From a bacterium (lineage in GTDB: Bacteria; Auribacterota; Erginobacteria; Erginobacterales; DAOSXE01), in the NCBI GenBank assembly GCA_035380285.1, contig DAOSXE010000012.1, positions 2,954 to 66,953 of the forward strand: 64,000 nucleotides of DNA. Reading direction: 5' to 3'. Under the pieces are notes generated by a model. It did not search any database. It was not told the DNA's origin and was given only the letters and a program-made list of their open reading frames with translations. The translations under genes and the position numbers were made by a program. Shown piece by piece: positions 16,863 through 25,900 of the stretch (its first letter is position 1; every line of letters starts with the position of its first letter).

Positions 16863-16903
16863 CCGACGGCTCCCAGGCTCTTTTACGCGAAGGTCCTTGA
16901 GCA

Positions 16904-16991
16904 CGCGCGGCAGGGCGTTCTGACTTCTCCCGTGGGAGTTACAGCGGCGCGACCGTCCCGGAGTCTCACCGGGTTTCCCCTGCTCCGCGCG
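16904..16991 (-). promoter_or_regulatory. Cobalamin (B12) riboswitch aptamer
   Basis: Minus-strand read: CGCGCGG-AGCAGGGGAAACCCGGTGAGACTCCGGGACGGTCGCGCCGCTGTAACTCCCACGGGAGAAGTCAGAACGCCCTG-CCGCGCG. It has a P1 helix, the conserved GGTGAnAnTCC...GCCGCTGTAA core and a B12-box-like AAGTCAGAAcGCCCTGCC. Confidence 0.8.
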
Positions 16992-17009
16992 TAATTCTAC
17001 TATGGCGGA

Positions 17010-17039
17010 ACTCTAATCTCCGGAGCCGGCGCCGGTCAA
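17010..17039 (-). promoter_or_regulatory. Candidate promoter for the riboswitch transcript (TTGACC-18-TAGAGT)
   Basis: Minus-strand read: TTGACCGGCGCCGGCTCCGGAGATTAGAGT. The predicted start is about 10 nt before P1. It is back-to-back with the divergent promoter at 17048. Confidence 0.4.
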
Positions 17040-17047
17040 TAATTTTC

Positions 17048-17076
17048 TTGCCCTTCCGCACCCGGACCGTGACTAT
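17048..17076 (+). promoter_or_regulatory. Candidate promoter (TTGCCC-17-GACTAT) ending 6 nt before ATG 17083
   Basis: Plus-strand read: TTGCCCttccgcacccggaccgtGACTATagcggcATG. No Shine-Dalgarno sequence is seen. Confidence 0.35.
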
Positions 17077-17082
17077 AGCGGC

Positions 17083-17466
17083 ATGGACGCCAAGATCAAG
17101 CTCTCCCTGATCAATAACCGGGGCGAAGGGTTCATGGGCATCGGCCTGGTCTGGCTCTTGAAGAACATCGACGAGTGCCGCTCGATCTCGGGAGCCGCCC
17201 GGAGTATGAAGCTCTCCTACGTCAAGGCGCTGCGGATCGTCAACCGCCTGGAAAAGAACCTGGGGCGCAAGGTCGTCAACCGGACCCGTGGAGGCGACAG
17301 CCGGGGCGGGACCGAGCTTACCCCCTTCGGCCGCCGGTTCCTGGAAGCCTACGAGCGTTACCAGGCCGAGGTCGATCGAGCCGCCCGGGCCGGATTCCAA
17401 CGGTTTCTCGGGAGCGGCTGGGACCGGGAAGACCGGGCCGCACCGGGGCTCAGATCAGAAGATTGA
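17083..17466 (+). CDS. Stand-alone winged-HTH regulator, ModE N-terminal-domain-like
   Basis: ORF 17083..17466. RSISGAARSMKLSYVKALRIVNRLEKNLGRKVVNRTRGGDSRGGTELTPFGRRF parallels the ModE/LysR-type HTH. No Mop domain is present. Confidence 0.75.
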   Translation: MDAKIKLSLINNRGEGFMGIGLVWLLKNIDECRSISGAARSMKLSYVKALRIVNRLEKNLGRKVVNRTRGGDSRGGTELTPFGRRFLEAYERYQAEVDRAARAGFQRFLGSGWDREDRAAPGLRSED

Positions 17467-19255
17467 GGAGCGTCCCCACCCCCAGGGACGCCCCCACCAT
17501 CACCGCCAGGGACTTGAGAAAATCCCTCGTCCCCAGTTCCTTGAGCAGAACGGTGAAGGTGGCCACGCAGGGGAAGAACATGGCCAGAACGGTGCAGGCG
17601 ACCACCAGCTGCCCGGGTGCGAGGTCGAGCGGCTCCAGCATCCCCACGGCCATGTCCTTGCGCAGAAACCCGATGGCCAGGGCGGCCACCGATTCCCGGG
17701 GAAGCCCGAGCAGGCCCTCCACCACCGGCGCCGCCCAGCGGGAAAGACGATCGAAAACGCCGAAGAAGTAGAGGACGTTCACGGCCGCCACCCCGATCAG
17801 AATCACGGGGAGCGCCTCGCGGAGAAAACACCAGACCCGCACCCCGACTTTGCGCAGGAACGGCCCGGGCGGAGGGAGGCGGTAATGGGGGATTTCGATG
17901 ATCAACTCGGGGGAATAACCTTTGACCAGGCGGCTGAGGACGAAACCGAGGCCCAGCCAGGTGGCGAAGAGCGCCAGATAAACGGCGGCCACGTAGCGCA
18001 GGCCCCACCGCCCCAGGAGGCCCACGACCATGGCCTGCAGCGCGGCGCAGGGGACCGCGATCGAGATCAGGGTCGAAGCCAGAAACCGCTCCCTCCGGCT
18101 CTCCAGTATCCGGGTGGCGAGAATGGCGGGGACGTTGCACCCCAGTCCCAGGAGGGTGGGGATAATAGCGTACCCATGCAGCCCGACCCGGTGCATGACC
18201 CCGTCCAGGAGAACCGCGAGACGGGGGAGGTAGCCGAAGTCTTCGAGGAAACTCAGGACCAGGTAAAAAACGGCGACATAGGGCAGAACGATGCCCAGGG
18301 GAATGAAGATGCCGGTGGTGAGCATCCCGAAGGAATCCATCAGGTCGACGCGCCCGGAGATCAGGTGTCCGACCAGAAGGTCGTGAACGAACCCCGCGCC
18401 GCCCAGCCACTCGGAGAGCCGCGAGACCACCGGGACCCACAGGGTTCGAAAAAGGTATTCGGTCCCGAAACCGATTTTTAAAAACGGCTCCCCCCATACC
18501 CCCACTTCACCGGCCACCAGGAACTCCCCCAGCAGCCGCACCAGGGAAAACGCCCCCAGAATGACCAGAACCGCGATCGGTATCCCGGTCCAGGGGCGGA
18601 CGCTGAGATCGGAGAGCGTCTGCAGAAACGTATGGTGGTGGTGGACCAGGGTCTGCACCCTGGAAACGATGCGCCCGATCGCGAGCCAGCGGTCTTCCTC
18701 GCTCAGGGGACCCAAGCCCGGGGAGCGGGCCTGGGGCAGGCGGGCCACCATCTCCCGGATCCCTTCCCCGGTGATGCCGACGGTGGGAACGACCGGGACC
18801 CCGAGCATCTCCTCCAGGAGGGGCGCGTCGATCTTCACTCCCCGGTGGGCGGTTTCGTCCCACATGTTGAGCGCGACGATCGCCGGGACCCCGGACTCGA
18901 GCACCTGCAGGACGAAATAGAGGTTCCGCTCCAGGTTGGTGGAGTCGACCACGCAGACGGCGTAGTCCGAATCCCGGAGGATCTCCAAGGCGACCCGGTC
19001 CGAACGCGAAGCGGCGTCGAGGCTGTAGACTCCGGGCGCGTCGATGATCTCGATGCGCTGCCCGGGCCGGAAGCGGCCGTCGCCGCCGTCCTCCAGGTCC
19101 GAAGGCCAGGTGAGGTTGCCCCGGGAATATCCGACCGTCGTCCCCGGGTAATTGGAAGAGATGACGTGAACCCCGGTCAGGCGGTAAAAAACCACGCTTT
19201 TACCGACGTTGGGGTTCCCCACCAGGGCGACGGAGGGATGGGACGGGGCGTTCAC
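17450..19255 (-). CDS. feoB: Ferrous iron transporter FeoB
   Basis: ORF 17450..19255 with a GTG start overlapping the feoA stop (GTGA). It has the G-domain motif VALVGNPNVGKS followed by a polytopic permease. Confidence 0.92.
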   Translation of the reverse strand: MNAPSHPSVALVGNPNVGKSVVFYRLTGVHVISSNYPGTTVGYSRGNLTWPSDLEDGGDGRFRPGQRIEIIDAPGVYSLDAASRSDRVALEILRDSDYAVCVVDSTNLERNLYFVLQVLESGVPAIVALNMWDETAHRGVKIDAPLLEEMLGVPVVPTVGITGEGIREMVARLPQARSPGLGPLSEEDRWLAIGRIVSRVQTLVHHHHTFLQTLSDLSVRPWTGIPIAVLVILGAFSLVRLLGEFLVAGEVGVWGEPFLKIGFGTEYLFRTLWVPVVSRLSEWLGGAGFVHDLLVGHLISGRVDLMDSFGMLTTGIFIPLGIVLPYVAVFYLVLSFLEDFGYLPRLAVLLDGVMHRVGLHGYAIIPTLLGLGCNVPAILATRILESRRERFLASTLISIAVPCAALQAMVVGLLGRWGLRYVAAVYLALFATWLGLGFVLSRLVKGYSPELIIEIPHYRLPPPGPFLRKVGVRVWCFLREALPVILIGVAAVNVLYFFGVFDRLSRWAAPVVEGLLGLPRESVAALAIGFLRKDMAVGMLEPLDLAPGQLVVACTVLAMFFPCVATFTVLLKELGTRDFLKSLAVMVGASLGVGTLLNLLI

Positions 19256-19479
19256 GGCCTCTCCACCAGAACGCGGGCGCCCATGCGGTGACCGAGAGCG
19301 ATCCGGGTGCCGCCCACCTGAACCACGATCGGACCCTTGAAGGGCATCCCGCTGATCTTGGTCACCGTCTTGCCTACTCTCAACCCCATAGCCGCCACCC
19401 GCGCGGCGCCACCCGCGCCTTCCTCGAATCCGACCACCAGGGCGGTTTCGCCGTCCCTCAGCTCGGTCAGCCTGATCAC
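19252..19479 (-). CDS. feoA: FeoA-family protein
   Basis: GTG 19479 within ORF 19252..19584 overlaps the fur stop (GTGA) and follows GGAGGGGAGG. The 75-aa product begins VIRLTELRDGETALVVGFE and is SH3-like FeoA. Confidence 0.85.
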   Translation of the reverse strand: MIRLTELRDGETALVVGFEEGAGGAARVAAMGLRVGKTVTKISGMPFKGPIVVQVGGTRIALGHRMGARVLVERP

Positions 19480-19937
19480 GCCCTCCCCTCCTTCTTTTTC
19501 CGGCAGCGCGCGCAGAGGCCGCGGATGGTGAGACGGCCGGCGGAAGGGAGAAAAGCCCGTTCCCGGCAGACGGCGTCGATACATCGGGTCAAAGGCTCCG
19601 AGGCGACTTCCTCGAGCCGCCCGCAGCCCGAACAGAGGAGGTGGTAATGCGGTTCCGCTCCCGAAACCCGCTCGTAAATCTGCGAACCCTGAATGGAGGC
19701 CGCCCGCCGGATCAGCCCCGCCTCTTCCAGCAGGGGAATCAGCCGATAGACGGTGGCCAACCCCACCGCGAGGCCGCGGCGGGGGATCCGTTCATGGAGT
19801 TCGTGAACCGCGAAATGATCGCGGGATTCCATGACCGCTTCCAGCACCGCCCGGCGCTCCCGGGTATAGCGCAAGCCCCGCCGGCGGAGAAATTCCCGGA
19901 AGAGGGCGTCGGCTTCGTTGTCGATTGCCGGTTTCAT
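19476..19937 (-). CDS. fur: Fur-family metalloregulator
   Basis: ORF 19476..20024 trimmed to ATG 19937 (MKPAIDNEADALFREFLRRRGLRYTRERRAVLEAV). HYHLLCSGCGRLEEV is present, along with a C-terminal CxxC. Confidence 0.85.
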   Translation of the reverse strand: MKPAIDNEADALFREFLRRRGLRYTRERRAVLEAVMESRDHFAVHELHERIPRRGLAVGLATVYRLIPLLEEAGLIRRAASIQGSQIYERVSGAEPHYHLLCSGCGRLEEVASEPLTRCIDAVCRERAFLPSAGRLTIRGLCARCRKKKEGRA

Positions 19938-19940
19938 ATT

Positions 19941-19959
19941 GATAATGAATCTCAGTTTC
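19941..19959. promoter_or_regulatory. Fur-box-like operator GATAATGAATCTCAGTTTC
   Basis: 13 of 19 positions match the classical GATAATGATAATCATTATC. It sits 3 nt upstream of the fur ATG, in the divergent spacer shared with the 20057 gene. Confidence 0.4.
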
Positions 19960-20017
19960 CATATCTTGGGGCTTTCGGTACGCCCTGTCAAGCGATTGTT
20001 TGCCGGAGAAAGTCTGC

Positions 20018-20047
20018 TGGCCAAGGCCGGCGCGGCGAAGCTACAAT
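20018..20047 (+). promoter_or_regulatory. Candidate promoter (TGGCCA-18-TACAAT) ending 9 nt before ATG 20057
   Basis: Plus-strand read: TGGCCAaggccggcgcggcgaagcTACAATtccggggtcATG. No Shine-Dalgarno sequence is seen. Confidence 0.4.
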
Positions 20048-20056
20048 TCCGGGGTC

Positions 20057-21193
20057 ATGAAACCTCATCCCAGCAGCCCGCGCTTGCTCGTGGTGGGGGT
20101 CGCCCTGATGCTTCTGGCCCGCGCCGGCATCGGCCGGGGAGAGACCGCTCTCCCGACCCCCGCCTTCACCCCCTCGCCCTCCCCTTCCCCCAGCCCGCTC
20201 CCCTCCCCCAGCCCCTCGCCCACCCCCGTTCCCGGACCGACCCCGGTGGAGAACACCTTTGTGGACCAGGCCTACCGCGGTCTCTATTCGATCATGAATT
20301 CCCAGGTAAGCCGTTTCGACCAATACTTCGGAACCCCCGATACCCAGATCATGGACCAGCCGCATAACCCCTGGGTACGGGTCCGCGGCGGGTTCCGGGT
20401 CAAGGATTACGCGGGGTTCAAATTCAAAAGCGATTTTGCCGCGTCCATTCCCCTGCCCATCCTCGAAAACCGGTTCCACGCCTTCCTCAGCAACGACAAC
20501 GACATCGAGGGAGAATACAACTCCGACTACTTCGAATCGAACGACAAGGAGGAAGACGACCGGATTTCGGCGGGGCTGCGTTATTTCATCATCTCCACCG
20601 AGGAAGTGAACTTCAATTTCAGCGGCGGGATCAAGTTCCGCTGGCCCCCGATCCCCTACGTCAAACCCCAGCTGCGCTTCTCCTTCCCCCTCGATCCCAT
20701 TTATTGCCGGACCACCCAGTACGTCTACTGGTACGCCGACGACGGCCTCGGGGAAAAGACGGACCTGGAGCTTAATTTCCTCCCCGACCCGGCCACGTTG
20801 ATCCAGAGCGACTCCACCGTCACCTACTCCAACACCTCCTCGGGCGTCGATCTCTCCCAGCACTTCGCCATCCAGAAGCTGGATTTTTCCAACCTCCACG
20901 GGGAAAATTTCGCGGTCAGTCTCGAAGCCGATATCGACGGCCACACCTGGCCCTCGTTCAAGATCGAGACGGTGGAGCTTTCTCTGCGGTTTTATCACAA
21001 GATCTGGCGGGACTGGCTGCGGCTGGGGGTCTCTCCCGGGCTGGTGTGGGAGCGGATCACCCCCGACGCCGACGAGCACTACGACGGCGTCGATTACTGG
21101 CGTTACGCCGTCCCCCAGATCTACGTTTACCTGGAGATTCTCTTCGACTCGACGGACGAGCTTTCCAAGGCCCGTTTCTGCAACCAGGACTGA
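20057..21193 (+). CDS. Secreted beta-rich protein with N-terminal Pro/Ser/Thr linker (putative outer-membrane beta-barrel)
   Basis: ORF 20000..21193 trimmed to ATG 20057 (MKPHPSSPRLLVVGVALMLLARA). The linker reads TPSPSPSPSPLPSPSPSPTPVPGPTP. The rest is rich in alternating aromatic and polar strands (FRVKDYAGFKFKSDF, LRYFIISTEEVNFNFSGGIKFRW). The function call is tentative. Confidence 0.6.
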   Translation: MKPHPSSPRLLVVGVALMLLARAGIGRGETALPTPAFTPSPSPSPSPLPSPSPSPTPVPGPTPVENTFVDQAYRGLYSIMNSQVSRFDQYFGTPDTQIMDQPHNPWVRVRGGFRVKDYAGFKFKSDFAASIPLPILENRFHAFLSNDNDIEGEYNSDYFESNDKEEDDRISAGLRYFIISTEEVNFNFSGGIKFRWPPIPYVKPQLRFSFPLDPIYCRTTQYVYWYADDGLGEKTDLELNFLPDPATLIQSDSTVTYSNTSSGVDLSQHFAIQKLDFSNLHGENFAVSLEADIDGHTWPSFKIETVELSLRFYHKIWRDWLRLGVSPGLVWERITPDADEHYDGVDYWRYAVPQIYVYLEILFDSTDELSKARFCNQD

Positions 21194-21204
21194 CCCGGCT
21201 CCCT

Positions 21205-22818
21205 TCAGCCGCGGAGACGGCTGATGACGGCGGCGGTGGACGAATCGTGGCCGAGTTCGGGCCGGGACGGGCCGGTCAATTCCGCCAACACCTTCTTGGC
21301 CAGAACCTTCCCCAGTTCCACCCCCCATTGGTCGAAGGAAAAGATGTTCCACACCACTCCCTGAACGAAAACCTTGTGTTCGTACAAGGCCACGAGCTGG
21401 CCCAGGACCGAGGGATCGAGGCGGGGAGCGAGGATGGTGTTGGTGGGTCTGTTTCCGGTGAAGGTCTTGAAGGGGACCAGCGCCTCCGGCGTTCCTTCCG
21501 CCCGGACCTCCTCCGGCGTCTTCCCGAAAGCCAGCGCTTCGGGTTGGGCGACGAAATTGGCCATAAGCTTGGCGTGATGACCCTCGAGGGGGTTGAGGGA
21601 ATGCGCGAAGCCGATGAAATCGCAGGGAACGAGCTTGGTCCCCTGGTGGATGAGCTGGTAGAAAGCGTGCTGGCCGTTGGTCCCGGACTCGCCCCAGACG
21701 ATCGGGCCGGTCTGATAGTCGACGGGGCGGCCTTCCCGGTCGACCGACTTGCCGTTCGATTCCATGTCGAGCTGCTGCAGATAGGCCGGAAACCGGCTCA
21801 GGTACTGGTCGTAGGGAAGCACCGCGTAGGTCTGCGCGCCGAGAAAGTTGTTATACCAGATCCCGAGCAGGGCCAGGACCGCCGGGAGGTTCCGATCAAG
21901 GGGGGCCTCGCGGAAATGAAGGTCCATCCGATGGAAACCGTCCAGCATCTCCCGGAAACGCTCGGGGCCCACGGCCAGCATCAGGGAAAGCCCCACCGCC
22001 GAACACATCGAGTACCTCCCCCCCACCCAGTCCCAGAACTCGAACATATTCTCCGGATCGATCCCGAACTCGCCCACCCCCTCCGCGTTGGTGGAGACGG
22101 CCACGAAGTGCCGGGAAACCGCTTCCGAAGCGCCCAGGGCTTCCACCAGCCAGCGGCGGGCGGAGACGGCGTTGGCGACGGTCTCCTGGGTGGTGAAGGT
22201 CTTGGAACAGACGATGAAGAGCGTCTCCGCGGGATCGAGATCCCCGACGGTTTCGGCCAGGTGGGTGCCGTCGACGTTGGAAACGAAAAAACACCGCAGT
22301 CGGGGGTGGGCGTAGGCTCCCAGCGCCTTGACGGCCATAGCCGGCCCCAGGTCGGAACCGCCGATGCCGATGTTGACGACGGCGCGGATCTCTTTGCCGG
22401 TATATCCCCGCCACTCCCCGTCGCGGACCCGGCGGGCGAAAGCCTCCATTTTCTTCAGAACCCCCTGCACGGCGGGGACGACGTTCTCGCCTTCCGTTTC
22501 GACGACTGCGCCGGCGGGTGCCCGCAGAGCGGTATGAAGCACGGCCCGGTTTTCGGTCCGGTTGATCTTTTTCCCCCCGAACATGCGTTCGATTTCTCCG
22601 GAAAGTCCGGCCGCTTCGGCCAGGGCCGCGAGCAGGCTCATGGTCTTTTCGTCGACCAGGTTTTTGCTGTAGTCGAGATAAAGGTCGCCCGCGACCAGGG
22701 AAAAACGCCGGTTGCGGTCGGGGTCGGCGGCGAAGGCGGCCCGGAGATCGAAACCGCGCATGCGCTCGCTCTGTTCGATCAAGGCCCGCCAGGGGGCGGA
22801 ATCGGTCAACGCACTCAT
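21205..22818 (-). CDS. pgi: Glucose-6-phosphate isomerase
   Basis: ORF 21205..22905 trimmed to ATG 22818, which follows AAGGGAGAG. PGI motifs are present: [35 protein letters not shown]. Confidence 0.93.
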   Translation of the reverse strand: MSALTDSAPWRALIEQSERMRGFDLRAAFAADPDRNRRFSLVAGDLYLDYSKNLVDEKTMSLLAALAEAAGLSGEIERMFGGKKINRTENRAVLHTALRAPAGAVVETEGENVVPAVQGVLKKMEAFARRVRDGEWRGYTGKEIRAVVNIGIGGSDLGPAMAVKALGAYAHPRLRCFFVSNVDGTHLAETVGDLDPAETLFIVCSKTFTTQETVANAVSARRWLVEALGASEAVSRHFVAVSTNAEGVGEFGIDPENMFEFWDWVGGRYSMCSAVGLSLMLAVGPERFREMLDGFHRMDLHFREAPLDRNLPAVLALLGIWYNNFLGAQTYAVLPYDQYLSRFPAYLQQLDMESNGKSVDREGRPVDYQTGPIVWGESGTNGQHAFYQLIHQGTKLVPCDFIGFAHSLNPLEGHHAKLMANFVAQPEALAFGKTPEEVRAEGTPEALVPFKTFTGNRPTNTILAPRLDPSVLGQLVALYEHKVFVQGVVWNIFSFDQWGVELGKVLAKKVLAELTGPSRPELGHDSSTAAVISRLRG

Positions 22819-22986
22819 GGCTCTCCCTTTGCTGTCCGCGCCCGGCGCGGCGGTTGGCAAGTTGCAGACCCGGCCGATTATACGCGCCCGGGGTGAACCG
22901 TTCATCTACTTTGCCGCAGCCGCGGAAGACGGGTTTTCGCTTCTCTCGCCGAGGGCACCCCGGGTACAATATCCGGCGACGCCACC

Positions 22987-25900
22987 ATGAACACCACCGG
23001 GGAAAATGCCTTCGCCTTCACAGTTTCGGACCTGATCGAAACCCTGGCCCGGGGCGACGAAGAAGCCCGGGCGGAAGCGGCCAGAAGCCTGGGACGGCTG
23101 CGCGACCCGGCGGCGACCCAGCCGCTCATCAACTGCCTCCACGACAATTCGCCCCTGGTCGCGGCGGCGGCGGCCAACGCCCTGGGAATGGTCCGGGACG
23201 CCCGGAGCGCCGAGCCGCTGCGGGAACTGCTCCGCTCCCCGGAGCGTGAGGTTCGCTCGGCGGGAGTGCTGGCCTTGGGCGCCCTCAGGATTTCCTCGAC
23301 CGTCCCCTCCATCGCCGGGCTGCTCCACGATCCCGATTCCTGGGTCCGCGCCAGCGCCGCCCTGGCCCTGGGGAGGGTGGGGACCGAACAGGCCAACCCC
23401 CATCTGGTCGAAGCCCTGGCGGACGAAGCCGCGGACGTCCGGGCGGCGGGAGCCGACGCCCTGGGCGTCATCGGCTCCACCTTCGGAGTCGAAGCTCTTC
23501 TGGAGCGTCTGGAAGATTCCGACGCCGGGGTCCGCGCCAGCGCCGCCGGCGCGTTGGGGCAGGCGGGAAGCCTGAAAGCCGTCAAACCCCTGATCGGGCT
23601 CCTCCAGGACGTCAAAACCGCGGTCAAGCGGGCCGCGGCCGAAGCCCTGGGCCTGTTGGGGGACACCCAGGCCGTCGCGCCCCTTATCCACCTCCTCACC
23701 CTGATCGAAAAAAGAACGGGCGACCATAAGCCCCCGCCGGCGGAGCCGGAGGTCGCGGTGGCGGAACCCGGAGAAGAAACCGGGGCGGCGCCGGTCGAAC
23801 CGACCACCTTCGGCGCCTTGGCCGTAGCGCACGGGCTCATAACTCCCGAGCAGCTTCATCAGGCCCTGCGGCTCCAGTCCGAGATCGAAAGCAACGAGGG
23901 GCGCCACGTTCTTCTCGGCGAGTTGATGATCGAGCGCGGCCTGATCACCCCGGAGCAGCGCGACGCCATCCTCGCCCGGCAACGGCGGCTCCTCCTGGAG
24001 GAAGAGGCGGCCGGAGGGGTCGATAACGTCCCCGCAGCCGAGGAGGAGGGGGGCGAGGAACCGGCCCGTAAAGTCAAAGAAAAAGATCGGCTCCCCCCGA
24101 TCAAGATCACCTCCGGGACCATCCGGGCCACGGCCGCGCTGTCCCTGGGCCGGATCGGGGACGACCGGGCGGTGGCGCCTCTGATGGAAACCCTTAAGGA
24201 CGAAGAGTGCGGGGTTCGGGCCCAGGCGGCCGCGGCCCTGGGGATGATCGGAGACGACCGGGCGGTGGAAGCTCTCCTGGCCTGCACCGGAGACGCCGAA
24301 AGCTGGGTCAGGGACGAAGCCGAAACCGCCTTGGGGGTTCTGGTCAGCACCGTCACCGTCGAACTGCTCAGGCAGGGAACCGCCCACGACAACCCTCTGA
24401 TCCGAAGCGCCGCCAACCGGCTCTTGGCCCTGACCCCCGACCCGGAATCGTTCCGTCTCCTGGTCGAATCCCTGGGGGATCCCGACCCCGGGGTGCGGGC
24501 GGCGGCCGCCGCCGCCCTGGGCCGGCTGGGGGATCCTCGGGCCCGCAAATTCCTCATGACTTTGCTCGAGGACGGCTCCCCTCTTCCCCGGGGAGCGGCA
24601 GCGGAAAGCTTGGGGTGGTTGGGAGAGGCGGAAGACGCGGTCGCCATCCGCCCTCTCCTGAACCAGATCAGCGCTTCCGTGCGGATCTCGGCCGCCACCG
24701 CCCTGGGGGAACTGCGGGATCGGGAGAGCATCCGGCAACTGGAACAGCTTCTCGGCTCCCCCGAAGTCCGGGTGCGCCGGGCCGGGATCGAAGCCCTGGG
24801 GCGGATCGGGGGCGGCGAGGCCGCGGACGCCGTCCGCAGAGCCGTCGAAGACCCCGATCCCGCGCTGCGGGCCCTGGCCGCCGGGATCATCGGGCGGGGA
24901 GGAAACCGGGAACTGACGGAGGTTCTGGCGGCTCTGATCGCGGACCCGGTGCGCCAAGTCAGAATCTCGGCGGCCAGGGCGCTGGGGCGCCTGGGCGGGG
25001 AAGGAGCCGGCAAGGCCGTCGCCGCGCTCCTGGACAACGAAGACCCTTTCCTGCGGGCGGCGGCGGCGGAAGCGTTCGGGCGGGTGGGCAGGAACGAAAG
25101 TCCCTTCAAGCTCATCCGTCTGCTCGAGGACGAAGAGGCCGTGGTTCGCCGGGCGGCGATCCGCGCCCTGGGTTTGATGGGCGACGCCGAGGCCTGCGCG
25201 CCGCTGAGGGCCTGCCTGATCAGCGACGACCCCGAATCCAGGGCGGCGGCGGCCGCCGCCCTGGGAAGGCTTCAGGACCGGGAAGCCGTCGGAGAACTTC
25301 TGGAAATTCTCGACGACCCCGTTCCCGAAGTGCGCAAAGCCGCGGGACAGGCTCTGGAGCAGGTGGTTACGGCGGCGGAATTGGAACGTCTCCTGAAGAT
25401 CCTCAACGCCCCGGCGGCGGATATCCGGGGCACGGCGGCGCGGCTGCTGGCCCGGATCCACGACCGCCGGGCGCTGGACGCCCTCGTGGGCAAACTCAAG
25501 GACGAAGACCCCGAAGTCAGAAAAGGGGCGGCCGTCACCCTAGGCGTCCTGGGGGACGACCGGGCCGTGAGTCCGCTGATCGCCGCCCTGGAAGACGAGG
25601 ACTGGTGGGTGCGGAGGGCGGCGGCCGACGCCCTGGGGAAGATGAAGGATCCGCGCGCGCTCGAACCGCTCTGCCGGACGATCAGGGACGAACGTCGCGA
25701 GGTCAGGAGCCGGGCGGCGTGGGCCTTGGGAAGAATCGGAGGCGAAGCCGCCCGGGGGAGTTTGCTGGAGGCGCTGGATGACCCGGTGAGCTGGGTGCGC
25801 CGACGCGCGGCCGCGGCCCTGGGAGAGGTGGGGGGAGAGGATGCGGTGGGCGCCCTGATCCGGGCCCTCAACGATCCCGCCGGGGAAGTGAGACGAACCG

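Noticed and set aside
16994-16999. TAGAAT as the -10 box of the riboswitch transcript
   Set aside because: It abuts the P1 helix, so initiation about 7 nt downstream would delete the 5' strand of P1. No -35 sits at 16-18 nt. TTGACC-18-TAGAGT further upstream (17010-17039) fits better.
22906-25461. 851-aa minus-strand ORF antisense to the HEAT-repeat gene, the same length as the genuine 851-aa protein at 14238-16793
   Set aside because: The equal length is a coincidence. The sequence is a low-complexity G/R/P/D/Q-rich mirror of the repeat gene, with no signal peptide, no motifs and no RBS. The plus-strand frame has an unmistakable HEAT periodicity.
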